A DNA stretch of 32,000 bases, taken from assembly GCF_000025925.1 (NCBI RefSeq), contig NC_014033.1:2130001-2162000 (forward strand), in the 5' to 3' direction. The position numbers and the translations under genes were made by a program. The notes below the pieces were generated by a model. The model was not told the origin of the DNA. It was given only the letters and a program-made list of their open reading frames with translations, and ran no database searches. Positions 31,712 through 32,000 of this stretch are shown piece after piece. This DNA is from Xylanibacter ruminicola 23 (GTDB lineage: Bacteria; Bacteroidota; Bacteroidia; Bacteroidales; Bacteroidaceae). Every line of letters starts with the position of its first letter. Position 1 is the stretch's first letter.

Positions 31712-32000
31712 TTAGCCAAGGTATTTCATCAAGATGCGTGCATAACCACTGTCGTGCAGTTTGGTGATGCTCTTTTCGCGAATCTGACGTACACGCTCAC
31801 GCGTGAGTCCCATCTCGGCGCCAATCTCCTCGAGACCACGCTCCTGACAGCCAATACCGAAGCACTCCTTGACAATCTTGAGTTCACGATCCTTCAGTAC
31901 GTTACGCAGTACATTGTCCAGATCGGATGTGAGCGACTCGTAATCCACCAGCTTGTCGGTACGGGTATCCTCGCCACTGCTCAGCATGTCGGCCATTGAG
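31712..32000 (-). CDS. rpoD: RNA polymerase primary sigma factor, C-terminal part (regions 3-4); the N-terminus lies beyond the right window edge
   Basis: Region 4.2 HTH LEEIGAEMGLTRERVRQIREKSITKL and the terminal ...LMKYLG. The frame is open to the window end. Confidence 0.8.
   Translation of the reverse strand, partial: SMADMLSSGEDTRTDKLVDYESLTSDLDNVLRNVLKDRELKIVKECFGIGCQERGLEEIGAEMGLTRERVRQIREKSITKLHDSGYARILMKYLG

Noticed and set aside
1-32000. tRNA, rRNA, tmRNA, riboswitch or CRISPR features
   Set aside because: I found no cloverleaf-type sequence (for example a GTTCGAATC T-loop context), no rRNA-like conserved blocks and no known riboswitch cores by eye. A covariance-model scan (tRNAscan-SE, Infernal/Rfam) would be needed to be certain.

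Overview
This is a chromosomal segment of the Bacteroidales type, probably Prevotella/Segatella-like. Supporting signs are TAnnTTTG -7 promoter boxes in front of several starts, no Shine-Dalgarno sequences, many LxxC lipoproteins, and a UpxY-type NusG paralog. No rRNA, tRNA or CRISPR was recognised. All family calls come from motif recognition by eye, because no searches were possible.

Gene content from left to right:
(1) 1-8747, minus strand: a capsule/O-antigen-type block with a glycosyltransferase (partial), a Wzx flippase, a TagB/F-like CDP-glycerol glycerophosphotransferase, a GDPD::glycerol-3-P cytidylyltransferase fusion, an orphan membrane-anchored helical protein, Ugd and ManC. Bases 1-6300 are visibly AT-rich.
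(2) 9030-11145, minus strand: an AT-rich two-gene islet with translational coupling. It encodes an ABC/SMC-like ATPase plus a DUF4435/TOPRIM protein (PARIS AriAB / AbiL / split-OLD architecture). This is my top candidate for a defence system.
(3) 11531-15512, plus strand: a module of a small protein, a RecA-fold AAA ATPase, a Toprim protein, a DUF4248-like HTH, a glycine-tailed HU-like protein, a 34-aa membrane peptide (absent from the ORF track) and a PGRP-type amidase.
(4) 16245-22256, minus strand: an export operon with two Mfa2-like lipoproteins, a Wzc tyrosine kinase with an extreme YG tail, a HAD-like protein and Wza.
(5) 22596-25734, plus strand: an elongated UpxY-like antiterminator, pgi and a HAD phosphatase.
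(6) 25706-27953: an accessory islet with a RAYT-type Y1 transposase flanked by REP-like palindromes, plus a PIN/antitoxin pair.
(7) 27957-32000: a lipoprotein-DUF4230-DUF4230 operon, a TPR-sensor histidine kinase and the 3' end of rpoD.

The non-coding DNA is unusually structured. It contains:
- five tandem arrays of a 7-nt unit (C/G)ATTAAA, each abutting a start or stop codon;
- a GGGACAGGTnCCTG palindrome family, three copies of which have been absorbed into coding sequence;
- about 130-nt modules of four hairpins;
- a 22-bp inverted/direct repeat triad that brackets the glycerol-phosphate cassette.
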